This document shows, piece after piece, positions 27,970 through 36,900 of a DNA stretch of 55,216 nucleotides. The position numbers were made by a program, and so were the translations under genes. Source of the DNA: Nanobdellota archaeon (GTDB taxonomy: Archaea; Nanobdellota; Nanobdellia; Woesearchaeales; GW2011-AR4); assembly GCA_038046385.1 (NCBI GenBank), contig JBBSWH010000012.1, positions 1 through 55,216 of the forward strand, given 5' to 3'. Under the pieces are notes generated by a model, which was given only the letters and a program-made list of their open reading frames with translations, ran no database searches and was not told the origin of the DNA. How positions within the stretch are numbered: the stretch's first letter is position 1; each line of letters starts with the position of its first letter.

Positions 27970-28335
27970 TTAACCTAATGCCTTTTTCGCCCTTTTTACA
28001 AGATCATCATTGTCAAACGGCTTTGTTATATAGTCAAGCACATTAAGGTGATCGAGAGTTTCTTTACCTGTTTCAGAAAATCTTGCAACCGTAAGAAACA
28101 CAATCTTGAAGTTTTTTGTGTCTTCATTTTCCCTTATCTTCTCAACAGTTTCCCTTCCGCTCATTCCAGGCATCATCATGTCCATCAATATTAAGTCTGG
28201 CTTCTCTGTTTTGAGCTTATCGAGGCATTCCTGGCCGGAAGCTGCGTCAATCACTTCAAACCCCTCAGATGAGAATATTGCTGTTATCAACTCTCTAAGG
28301 CTCGGCTCATCATCAACAACCATTATTTTTGACAT
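27970..28335 (-). CDS. Single-domain response regulator (REC)
   Basis: IMVVDDE, phosphoacceptor PDLILMDMMMP, FLT and YITKPF. Confidence 0.93.
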   Translation of the reverse strand: MSKIMVVDDEPSLRELITAIFSSEGFEVIDAASGQECLDKLKTEKPDLILMDMMMPGMSGRETVEKIRENEDTKNFKIVFLTVARFSETGKETLDHLNVLDYITKPFDNDDLVKRAKKALG

Positions 28336-28379
28336 AGTCCTTTTATTTTTTCCTTATTTATTAAGCTTTCTATTAAGAA

Positions 28380-28940
28380 TCAATCATCCACAAAATCTAT
28401 TGACTCGTCTGCAAACATTTTAAGGTCTTTTACGAGGCTTTCATCATATTCTTGTAATCCACCATTCTCTTTTAGTATTATAAACACTTTGTTGATGTTC
28501 TGCTGCTTTTCTTCTGTTGTAAGCTCATGCGTAAAGCGCAGTATGTCATGGGTTTGCTCATAAACAAGCAGCGATGATATAGTGTCAAATATGACTATGC
28601 TGCACTTTTTCTCTGCTATTGTCTTGCTTATTGCAGACTTTATCAAGTCCAGCTTGTTTCCTCCTTCTTTTATGAAAATGCAGTTTTCCAATGGTAATGG
28701 GGATTTATAATGGCTGCTCAAAATATCTATGAAAAAGAACTTTTCAATGCCAACACCTAGCCTTTTTAATGTGCCGGCAACATCCTCGACAGGCTTGCTT
28801 AAGCATACATAGCATATTTTTGAATGATTCTCTCCTACGCTTCTGACAAGCTCATCAAGCTTCTTTTCATACTGCTTTTCTGACAGCAAAACCAACAGAA
28901 ATTTGTCTTCACTTGTATTTTTTAGCAATTCCATCTTCAC
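28380..28940 (-). CDS. Inactivated KaiC/RecA-like domain protein (paralog of 23853..24392)
   Basis: CYVCLSKP, FFFIDIL, NCIFI, IFDTISSLLVYE and KDLKMFAD. Confidence 0.75.
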   Translation of the reverse strand: MKMELLKNTSEDKFLLVLLSEKQYEKKLDELVRSVGENHSKICYVCLSKPVEDVAGTLKRLGVGIEKFFFIDILSSHYKSPLPLENCIFIKEGGNKLDLIKSAISKTIAEKKCSIVIFDTISSLLVYEQTHDILRFTHELTTEEKQQNINKVFIILKENGGLQEYDESLVKDLKMFADESIDFVDD

Positions 28941-28979
28941 GCTAAATAAGAGGGCAACTAGTATATAAAAAATTTGGAT

Positions 28980-28994
28980 ATTTTGGGATAAATT
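28980..28994 (+). repeat. 15-bp direct repeat ATTTTGGGATAAATT, copy 1 (copy 2 at 33790-33804)
   Basis: Identical 15-mers in the two promoter regions flanking the five genes at 29095-33697. Confidence 0.6.
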
Positions 28995-29094
28995 TACGGC
29001 AATTGAGGATAAATAACGTTAAAAACAGAGTAAAAACTCAAAAATACAAACTAAATTCGAAAACTTTTTATATTGTCCGCGAACTTTTATCTTT

Positions 29095-29397
29095 ATGGGG
29101 ACAATCTTGAGTTCACGGATGAAAGATGACGGCAAGATAGTCTTTGAAATTTCTGTGGATTATGAGGAATCAATACAGCTGCAGGGGCATATGGACAATA
29201 TACACATTTTTTCAGAGAATGTTTCTGACATTGAAACTGGCATAAGCCAGCGCGGCCAGAACGAGGCCACAAAATATTTTCTCATTCCAAAGGATTTAAG
29301 AAAAGGGCTCAAATTCAGCGCAAAGGCGCATTGCCAGAAGATTGAAACCAAGGCAAAAACAATATTCATTTATGTTGTTGACAAGGCAGGTTTGTAA
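29095..29397 (+). CDS. Small KaiC-associated hypothetical protein (possible AbrB-like swapped hairpin)
   Basis: 100 aa with RG.N..TKYFLIPKDLR. Its stop is 1 nt before the KaiC start. Confidence 0.7.
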   Translation: MGTILSSRMKDDGKIVFEISVDYEESIQLQGHMDNIHIFSENVSDIETGISQRGQNEATKYFLIPKDLRKGLKFSAKAHCQKIETKAKTIFIYVVDKAGL

Positions 29398-29398
29398 A

Positions 29399-30100
29399 AT
29401 GGACAAAGTAAAGACGGGGATAAAAGGATTTGACAAGCTTGTAGATGGAGGATTCCCAAGGGGAAAGAGTATACTGCTCAGCGGAACCCCCGGGACATGC
29501 AAGACAATATTCGCGCTCCAGTTTTTGCACAATGGCGCCATGGAGTCAAAGGAAAAAGGGCTGTACATTTCATTTGAGGAAAGAACCCAAAGCCTGAAGA
29601 ACCAGGCGCTGCAGTTTGGGTGGGATTTTGATAAGCTCGAGAAGAGCGGAATGGTGAAAATAATAAGCATTCCTCCCAAAAGCATTAAGGAATCAACAGC
29701 AGCTGAAATAATAAAGATGGCAAATGAGGGTAATATCAAGAGGCTTGTTGTTGACTCTCTTTCCGTGCTTTCAATAAACGCCCCCACCACATATACAAAA
29801 GTTTCTGAGCTGACAAACATATCCATAAAGAGGTTTATGTACAGATTCATAAATGATTTAAGGGACTCAAACAGCAACATAACCTCATTGTTAATCTCCC
29901 AGACGACAAACGGCCAGCTATCAAGGGACACCGTTTCAGAGTTCATATGCGACGGAATCATCCACATAAGCTATGAAAGCCTTGGAGGGGATTATTCAAG
30001 AAGCCTTATAATAAGGAAGATGAGGGAAACAAATAATGATGAGGATGTGCATCCCCTTGAGATAGGAAAAAACGGGTTAATAGTTCACGACCTCAAATAG
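29399..30100 (+). CDS. KaiC-like single-domain ATPase (second copy)
   Basis: Start reassigned to ATG 29399 (MDKVKTGIKGFD). Variant Walker A GTPGTCKT, FEER, LVVDSLS, EFICDG and RKMR. Confidence 0.9.
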   Translation: MDKVKTGIKGFDKLVDGGFPRGKSILLSGTPGTCKTIFALQFLHNGAMESKEKGLYISFEERTQSLKNQALQFGWDFDKLEKSGMVKIISIPPKSIKESTAAEIIKMANEGNIKRLVVDSLSVLSINAPTTYTKVSELTNISIKRFMYRFINDLRDSNSNITSLLISQTTNGQLSRDTVSEFICDGIIHISYESLGGDYSRSLIIRKMRETNNDEDVHPLEIGKNGLIVHDLK

Positions 30101-30156
30101 CAAAGCTATAAATATAACCATCGACATAGTTTTCAAATCAAAACTTCTTAACCCAT

Positions 30157-30822
30157 ATGAAAAACATACAGTCAGAGAATAAATTCGTCGATAAATCCAA
30201 TGCGCACGGCTTGTTCAACTTCGACAAGGACGGGACACTGAGGATTGCGGGTGTTGCAGCTTTCATGATGCCAATGACTTCTCTTGCAATTCAGTATTCT
30301 CTTATGAGCAAACATCTTGAGAAAAAGAAACTCGATGACATAATTTATTATGTTGCGAAGATACAGGGAGTTGTTGCTGTAAAAATTTTGAGGGATAAAT
30401 TCGGGATTAAGTCAAAAAAAGAGCTGTTTTTCACAAGCCTTGATCAGGGCAGCATGATTGGGCTTGGAAAAGACGAAGTGATAAGATTCAGCGAAAAAGA
30501 CAAGCATGTTATCCTAAAAAAACAAGTGTCTCCTTATGAAGATGCATATACAAAAACCTTTGGGCATCAAAAAGAGCCGATAGGCCATTTCTTCAGGGGT
30601 GTGCTAGCAGGAGTCTTGGATGAATTATTTGAAGAGCCGATGGTAGTCATTGAAAGGCAATGCAAAGCAGCAGGAAACCCTTTTTGCACATATGAAGGCT
30701 TTCCAGTAAGCTCATCAGGCTCAAGAAAAATAACAGAAACCGAAAAGCACAAGATACCAGCTACTGAAACTGATTTCCCTGAAATGGAAAACTTAAAGAG
30801 GGCTATGGGCTTTCTAAAATAA
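30157..30822 (+). CDS. V4R (4-vinyl reductase) ligand-binding domain protein
   Basis: GLGKDEV, HFFRGVLAG..ELF and ERQCKAAGNPFCTY fit the V4R E-x2-C-x3-G-x3-C signature. Confidence 0.85.
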   Translation: MKNIQSENKFVDKSNAHGLFNFDKDGTLRIAGVAAFMMPMTSLAIQYSLMSKHLEKKKLDDIIYYVAKIQGVVAVKILRDKFGIKSKKELFFTSLDQGSMIGLGKDEVIRFSEKDKHVILKKQVSPYEDAYTKTFGHQKEPIGHFFRGVLAGVLDELFEEPMVVIERQCKAAGNPFCTYEGFPVSSSGSRKITETEKHKIPATETDFPEMENLKRAMGFLK

Positions 30823-32200
30823 CAGCGCGGTTAATCAGCATAGTCTCTTTCTCTAATGATTCCAAAAACTTTAAGACTGCCGGGTCATTTATTTCTTCTG
30901 TAAAAAATTTTGGCGGATTGTCAACAGGGGAAATTTCAATGTAAGCTTCTGTATTGTAGCCATCAACTTTTCCTGAAGTAATCTTATCCAATAAAAATCC
31001 CATTTCTTTGTAAAGTTTTGTGCTGCCAATCTCCATTATGGACACAATATGTGTTATCCCCTGTTTTTTTGCATACTCATAACCAGCGCGCAGCACTTTC
31101 CTGCCAGTCCCTCTTGGAGCAAATGGAAGTGATATCCACCTTCCAGGCTCCCAAACAACCTTTCCATTCTTCCTCAAATAATCTAAATTCTGCTGCGTAT
31201 CTGCAGGAAGCCCTAAATCTTTCGAATCCATTACAAATCTGATTGTGGCAAGTATCTTGCCGCCATGCTCCGTCACCAAATGAACGGAATTATCATCAAA
31301 TTTGTCCCACTCCACCATTTTTGCGTCCTGCTCTTTTGTTGACTCCAGAACTCCAAACCTTTCCTTTGTAAAATGATACCTTATCCTGTAAAGCTTCTGC
31401 ATCTCCTCATCTTTCGCAAATCTTATTTTGATTTGCTCAGGAGATAATTTATAATAATCATTTTTTTTCCTAACAACTATAAAGTGCCCCTGCCCGAGGT
31501 ATGTCCTGTAGCCCGGCATCAAATCATTTACAATAACATCTGAAAAACCGCAAAAATCAACCAAAATTTCCTGCAGCCTTTCTGTCGTGAAGAAGTGCTT
31601 TATGTTCTTTTCTAGTATTTCGTTCACATCTCTCACAATTTTAATATCCTCACTGAACTTTTCAAGAATGCCTGCGCGCTGAAATTCCTGATAAATAGTT
31701 TTTTGCAGCAGATTGAGATTTTGATTTGGCTTTGGGCCGCTGACAACAAGAATTCCGTCTTTTTTTAGCGAAGCATAAATCTTATCTGCCAAATCATAAG
31801 GGTTATCCAGAAGGTACATTACGTTTAGCATCACGGCCCCGTCATATCCTCCCGGCTCAAGTGTTATTTTTGTAATGTCTGCATTGATTACCTCAACATA
31901 CTTGCCAAGCCCCTCTTTTTCAATCTTTTTTCTGGCTCTCTCAATCATAGCCTGGTTATTGTCAATAGCAAGGACATTCACACCTCGCTTTGCAAGTTCT
32001 ATTGCAAGATTCCCTGTTGCGCATCCAAAATCAACAACTCTTTTGCACCCTTCAAGGCTTCTTACAGCATTGCTTATCAGTTTTTTGTAAAATGATGTCC
32101 GCGCAACAACATTGTCATAGCTTTCCGCGTACTTTGAAAATATATCCTCTTGCACATTTTCAACTTTAAAGCTATCGCTAATCAAAATTGATTTTTCCAT
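30803..32200 (-). CDS. Fusion of a class I SAM methyltransferase and a LuxI/FeeM-like GNAT acyltransferase
   Basis: N-terminal half: VVDFGCATG, AIDNN..MI, ADIT, YDG, LKKDG. C-terminal half: YRIRY, EWDKFDD, ATIRFV, GLP and VWEPGRW, matching the AHL-synthase / N-acyl amino acid synthase pattern. AGGTGG SD. Confidence 0.8.
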   Translation of the reverse strand: MEKSILISDSFKVENVQEDIFSKYAESYDNVVARTSFYKKLISNAVRSLEGCKRVVDFGCATGNLAIELAKRGVNVLAIDNNQAMIERARKKIEKEGLGKYVEVINADITKITLEPGGYDGAVMLNVMYLLDNPYDLADKIYASLKKDGILVVSGPKPNQNLNLLQKTIYQEFQRAGILEKFSEDIKIVRDVNEILEKNIKHFFTTERLQEILVDFCGFSDVIVNDLMPGYRTYLGQGHFIVVRKKNDYYKLSPEQIKIRFAKDEEMQKLYRIRYHFTKERFGVLESTKEQDAKMVEWDKFDDNSVHLVTEHGGKILATIRFVMDSKDLGLPADTQQNLDYLRKNGKVVWEPGRWISLPFAPRGTGRKVLRAGYEYAKKQGITHIVSIMEIGSTKLYKEMGFLLDKITSGKVDGYNTEAYIEISPVDNPPKFFTEEINDPAVLKFLESLEKETMLINRAVILESP

Positions 32201-32215
32201 TTTACCACCTACTTT

Positions 32216-33697
32216 TTATTTATTTTTTTGAAGCATGATTGCTGGCACCGGCTGCTCAATACCGGAATTGTAATTCCTGTAATGATACCAATAAGCGCCT
32301 GTCTTGCCGTTTTTCAGAGTATTCATCACCCTTTCAGAGCCGACAAGCTGATTATTTTCTCCGGATTTGCTTGTCATTTGGGGAATCATTATTCTGTTAA
32401 TGTCCCTGCCGACATAATCCCTCAGCTCGTCGAATATTTCAGGAATTTTGAACGAAGGATCCGCATAAAACACCGGGTCTGTCAGCGGCTCTCCTGATAT
32501 GTAAAATCCATCAAGAGATTCCCCCGAAACAACTTTTTTCTGGAATATGCCTGCAAGTTTTGTGCCGTTAAGAACGCCAAACCCGACAACAACGCCTATG
32601 ACCCACGGGTCAAGCGATTTTGCAAACTCAATTGTCTCAAACATTTTTTTCGGAGTATCCCCGGGATAGCCGAAAATAAGCTCGTGCATGACTGCAATCC
32701 CGTTATCCTTGCACATCTTGGTTGCATTTGCTATGTGATTGCGCCCAAACCATTTTCCAAGCGACTTTAATACCTCAGGGTCAGCGTGATCAACTCCAAA
32801 ATTTGCCCCGACAAAATTTGCCTTTGCAAGAAGAGAAGCATATTCTTCATCAAATGGGGATGGCTGGCAATATGTCCAGAACCTTACTTTATTTGGATAA
32901 CCTCTGGCTATTATTGCCCTTAAAACCTCTTTTGAATGGATGATTGGCATGTTGAACTCGCTGTCAGCAGTGTGTATGTCGTTGATTCCCATAGCAACAA
33001 GCTGATCAATTTCCTCGATGACATCTGCTATATCTCTTGTGTTGAAACCTTTTCCTTTTGCAATTGGCTCAATGCAGTATGAGCAGGACATCCCGCAGCC
33101 GTTGCTTGTCCTGACATTTCCCAATCCGCCGTTTTTGTAATACCATCTGTTGTCAATAAATTTTCTTTTTATTTTCCTTGCAAGCTGGCTTTTCCTGCCG
33201 TCAAAAATTCCCTCATCGCAATTGCCGAATTCCTTTATTGATTTGCCTTCATTGATTGCATTTGCAATTCCTACAATTAAGGCATCTCCAGGGCCTATAA
33301 TTCCATATTTCAATCCAAACCTTTTGAGCAGTTTTTCAGCATTGGAAGAAAAGCCAACCCCTCCAAGAATCATTTTTTCTGCCGGCACATGCAGCCTTAT
33401 CCTGCTTATCAGCCTATGATGCTCTTCAAGAAAAGAGCCCTTGGTTGGCAAGTCAAGAAATGACGGAAAATAAATATCTCCTGTATTTCTCAAGCTCAAT
33501 CCAACTAAATCCGGAGTTGATTTTTTAAAATAAGAATCAATTGATTCTATCGGGTCTTCTGCAGGCGTTAAGTCAAGAACTCCTACATCATGCCCTGCTT
33601 CTTCAAGTGCAGAGCCCAGTATATCAATTGCATACGGCCCGATTGGAGGTATTTGTATCCTGTTTAAATTAACCAAAGCGACCTTAGCCAACCCCAC
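32216..33697 (-). CDS. Cobalamin-dependent radical SAM methylase, TsrM (tryptophan 2-C-methyltransferase)-like
   Basis: B12-binding N-terminus (PPIGPYAIDIL, VGLSLRNT, GGVGFS, GPGD) and CGMSCSYC cluster motif. DNRWYYKNGGLG, EPIAKG, HTADSEFN and YCQPSPFDEE match TsrM as recalled. GTG start with a GGGGTGA SD. Confidence 0.85.
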   Translation of the reverse strand: MGLAKVALVNLNRIQIPPIGPYAIDILGSALEEAGHDVGVLDLTPAEDPIESIDSYFKKSTPDLVGLSLRNTGDIYFPSFLDLPTKGSFLEEHHRLISRIRLHVPAEKMILGGVGFSSNAEKLLKRFGLKYGIIGPGDALIVGIANAINEGKSIKEFGNCDEGIFDGRKSQLARKIKRKFIDNRWYYKNGGLGNVRTSNGCGMSCSYCIEPIAKGKGFNTRDIADVIEEIDQLVAMGINDIHTADSEFNMPIIHSKEVLRAIIARGYPNKVRFWTYCQPSPFDEEYASLLAKANFVGANFGVDHADPEVLKSLGKWFGRNHIANATKMCKDNGIAVMHELIFGYPGDTPKKMFETIEFAKSLDPWVIGVVVGFGVLNGTKLAGIFQKKVVSGESLDGFYISGEPLTDPVFYADPSFKIPEIFDELRDYVGRDINRIMIPQMTSKSGENNQLVGSERVMNTLKNGKTGAYWYHYRNYNSGIEQPVPAIMLQKNK

Positions 33698-33730
33698 TTC
33701 ACCCCTCTTTTTTGTATATTTATACCTATT

Positions 33731-33804
33731 TTTATCCGAAATATAGTAAAAATATAAACTTTGTGCTTATTTTTTATCCTAAAACAACAATTTTGGGATA
33801 AATT
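33731..33804. promoter_or_regulatory. Promoter/operator of the rSAM operon: TATA box plus TTTATCCNAAA inverted repeat
   Basis: TTTATCCTAAAA(33773-33784)/TTTTGGGATAAA(33791-33802), an extra TTTATCCGAAA at 33731-33741, and minus-strand TTTATATT at about 33751-33758. Confidence 0.5.
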
Positions 33805-33991
33805 ATGTACTATTCAATGCTATTTTATGCCAATATCGGTAATTAGCCGCAATAGCTGTTAATATCATCAAGAAAAAATATACATACTGAGAAATATTCA
33901 GAAATTTTAATACAGACTATTTTTGAAGAATTCTGGATAAGTTAATCCTAAATTTATCCTGTTTTTGAGTACGTTTTACTTACCTCGCTCA

Positions 33992-36900
33992 TCAGCTCTT
34001 CTCATAATTCGGCTTGTGCCGCCATGTTGATGTGGCAGTAACATCCAGGTAATACCCCTGCGTTGGGTCCATCCTCACAAAGTTCCTGTTGCTTGCAGAC
34101 GGAATCCAATAGTCCTTTCCTGACACGAAATAGTGCGATGTAACCTCAAACTTGTCGCCCGTTACATTGTACCTGTCCATTGCCCTTATGGAATTCGCAG
34201 GGCTTACAACAAGTGGGTACGGAGTAAATGAATTCTGTATCAGCTTTGATGCGTTTGGAGAATACCAGCCAACAACATTCCATCCAACCCCCAAGTCTAA
34301 AGTTGAATTGCTTGTCGGCACTTCTCCTACAATTGTTAGGTTGCATGATATGTTTACTTCAGCCCAATACCCCTTTCCGATTTCAAGGCTTGTGAAGTTT
34401 TTGCTTCCGGATGCAGGGAACCACGCGCTTCCGTTGTAATTGGTTCTCATGAAACTTGCTGATGTTGTATTGTAAACCCACAGCGTCTTTATGCATCCAA
34501 GCGGCTTAACCCTCAAATCGCTTCCGTTGTTGCTTCCGTTGAAAAGCCCGAAGTTGGTTATATTAAGCGGCAGGCTTATGAGATTCCAGTCTGATAACGC
34601 ATTTGAATTATTAACAAGTTCAAACTCAAATTTACCGACAGTTCTGTTGGAGGTGGCATTCACATTGCCTTTGACAACACTCACCCTGTAGAATCTTGCA
34701 GTCTTGTTTGCAGCATTTGTATCTGTATAGTTTGAATCAGTTGAAACTGTGAAATTAGGAGTTGCGCTGAATGGCTCATCATATCTGTCAATCATGTACA
34801 CATTAAATCTGTCAGCATATGTTATGTCGTTCCAGTCTAGCAGTATGCTCTCATTATCGCCTGCAAGAGTGGCATTGAAAGCAGTTACTGCCTGCACTAT
34901 CGTAAAGTTTCTGGCCTGGCTTGTGTTGATGTTTCCGGAGTCATCCCAGCATGTTACATTCCATCTGTGCGCACCGCCTGAAAGGTTCACAAATGTGAAG
35001 TTCACATAAGTTCCGTTTGTTATATTGAGGTTTGTGAGGTTAATCAGTCTGTCAATGGTGAAGTTGCATGTTATGTTCATGTCAACCCTGTCAGTCACAG
35101 TGAAATTGAACATGAGCTCGTTTGATGTTGTGTTGAAGTCATTTACAGGAGATATAAGCATCGGCGCTGGAGGAGTCATGTCTGTAAGGTTAAAAGCCAA
35201 TTCATCAAATGTTAATCTTAAATTTGCCCCAACAGAAGATCCGTTTGGAGTAAACCTCACTCTCAAATGCCCAAACCCGTCCTGAAGATGGGCAACATTT
35301 GTTATGTTTACATTAACCCACGTATTGACGTCGGTATTCTTGAATGTCTTGTTGGCGTTCAATGCAGTGTTTATGGTTACGTTGTCGTTGTTGTATGCAT
35401 AAACTGCCGTGTAATATGGAGTCTGTCCCATGCTATCAACTCTTACCCTTATGAAAATCTGGTCAAACGGAGCAGGGTCAGTGTTGTTGACTATGTTAAG
35501 CACCCTTACATTCACTCCGCTTCTTGCCTCCATGAAATTTTGAGTTGCAAAGTTGTTATCTGTTAATGGCACAGTTACATCAGTATATGCTGTACCTGCC
35601 TCGCTTGCTTCCATATTTGCAATGTTGGATGTTCTTCTTATGTTGCCGGGCGTCGCAAGCCCTGCTCCAGGATCAAGGCCTTTCATTCCGCCTGCTGATA
35701 TGTTGCCGAGCGTAAAAGTCATGTTGACATTGAAGCTCCCTCCTGTTTCAAATGTGAAATTGGCAATTTGCTCTTTTATCCCGTTTACTGTTACTTCTGG
35801 CTCCCAATATACAATTCCTTTTGACTCTGAATCAGAGTCTGTGAAATATGAAGTGTAGCTTCCAAATCTGCTTAAGTTGTATCTTATTGAAGATGATTCC
35901 ATTGTGTAATTTTCACCCTCTGAAGATGAGTTAACTATTCTCAAAATGTCAGCATCATTGTCGTTGCTTATATTAAAATCTTTGAAAATCCACTTTAATT
36001 CAACATTGGATATGTTTTTGCTTCCTATATTTCTTACATTGAAAGTTATGTTGTCATACTTGGAATTGGAATATGCTATTTTTGTGTAGTTAACCAAAAG
36101 GCTTTGGTCAAGCACCCTTCCGACAAACTGCACAAAAGTGTAGTTGCTTTCATTGTTGACTCCTGTCCTCTGGAAGTCCCACGTTACATTTCCGAAATCA
36201 AATGCAGTTGTTCCGTTTATTATTATGAGCCAGCTGTTTTTGAACCTTGAATCGCCGGGCGCTGTTGAGTTGAAGTTTACAACTTCCTCGCTGTTGTTGA
36301 CCCACCAGTTGACTCCTGTTTCAGCAGCCATGTGGAAGTAGGTTGCGCCGTTTATTGTTTTTCTTTCAGCATAATGGAATTCAGACAGGTTTGCAAGCGT
36401 TGGCGTTATTTCTATGAAAGGCGATGATACAATCACGCCAACCCCTTCAGAGCAGTTCGAAGTTACATTCACAATATATGTTCCTTCTATTGTTCCGTTA
36501 AGTACCCACCCGACGGAAACGCTTGTGCTCCCGTTAGTGAAATTGCCTACTGAAATGTTGACTGGAGTAATTGCTACGAGCCCGGTCTGGTTGGATATAT
36601 TCATCCTGCAGCTGCTCACAGAGCCGTTCACTGCAGTCAAAGTTGCGTTGACAAAAATGGTTTCATTTAGATACCTGCTCGTGTCATAAATCGGATTGGT
36701 TATTGAAACATTTCCTACGGAGTTGATTACAGTGAAATTGTACCATTGCGTTACCATTAGGTTGCCGGCGCTGTCATTAGCATAGAACCTGTAATAAACA
36801 AGATTCCCTCCAGAAAGATTGCCTGAATATATCGTGAAATTGAATGTGTCTCCTGCTGAATTCATAAGGCTGTTGTTCCTGAATATATTGCTCCAGTTGC

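Noticed and set aside
16299-30100. KaiC genes as a circadian clock
   Set aside because: They are single-domain proteins without the CII S/T phosphosite motif, and no kaiA or kaiB is present.
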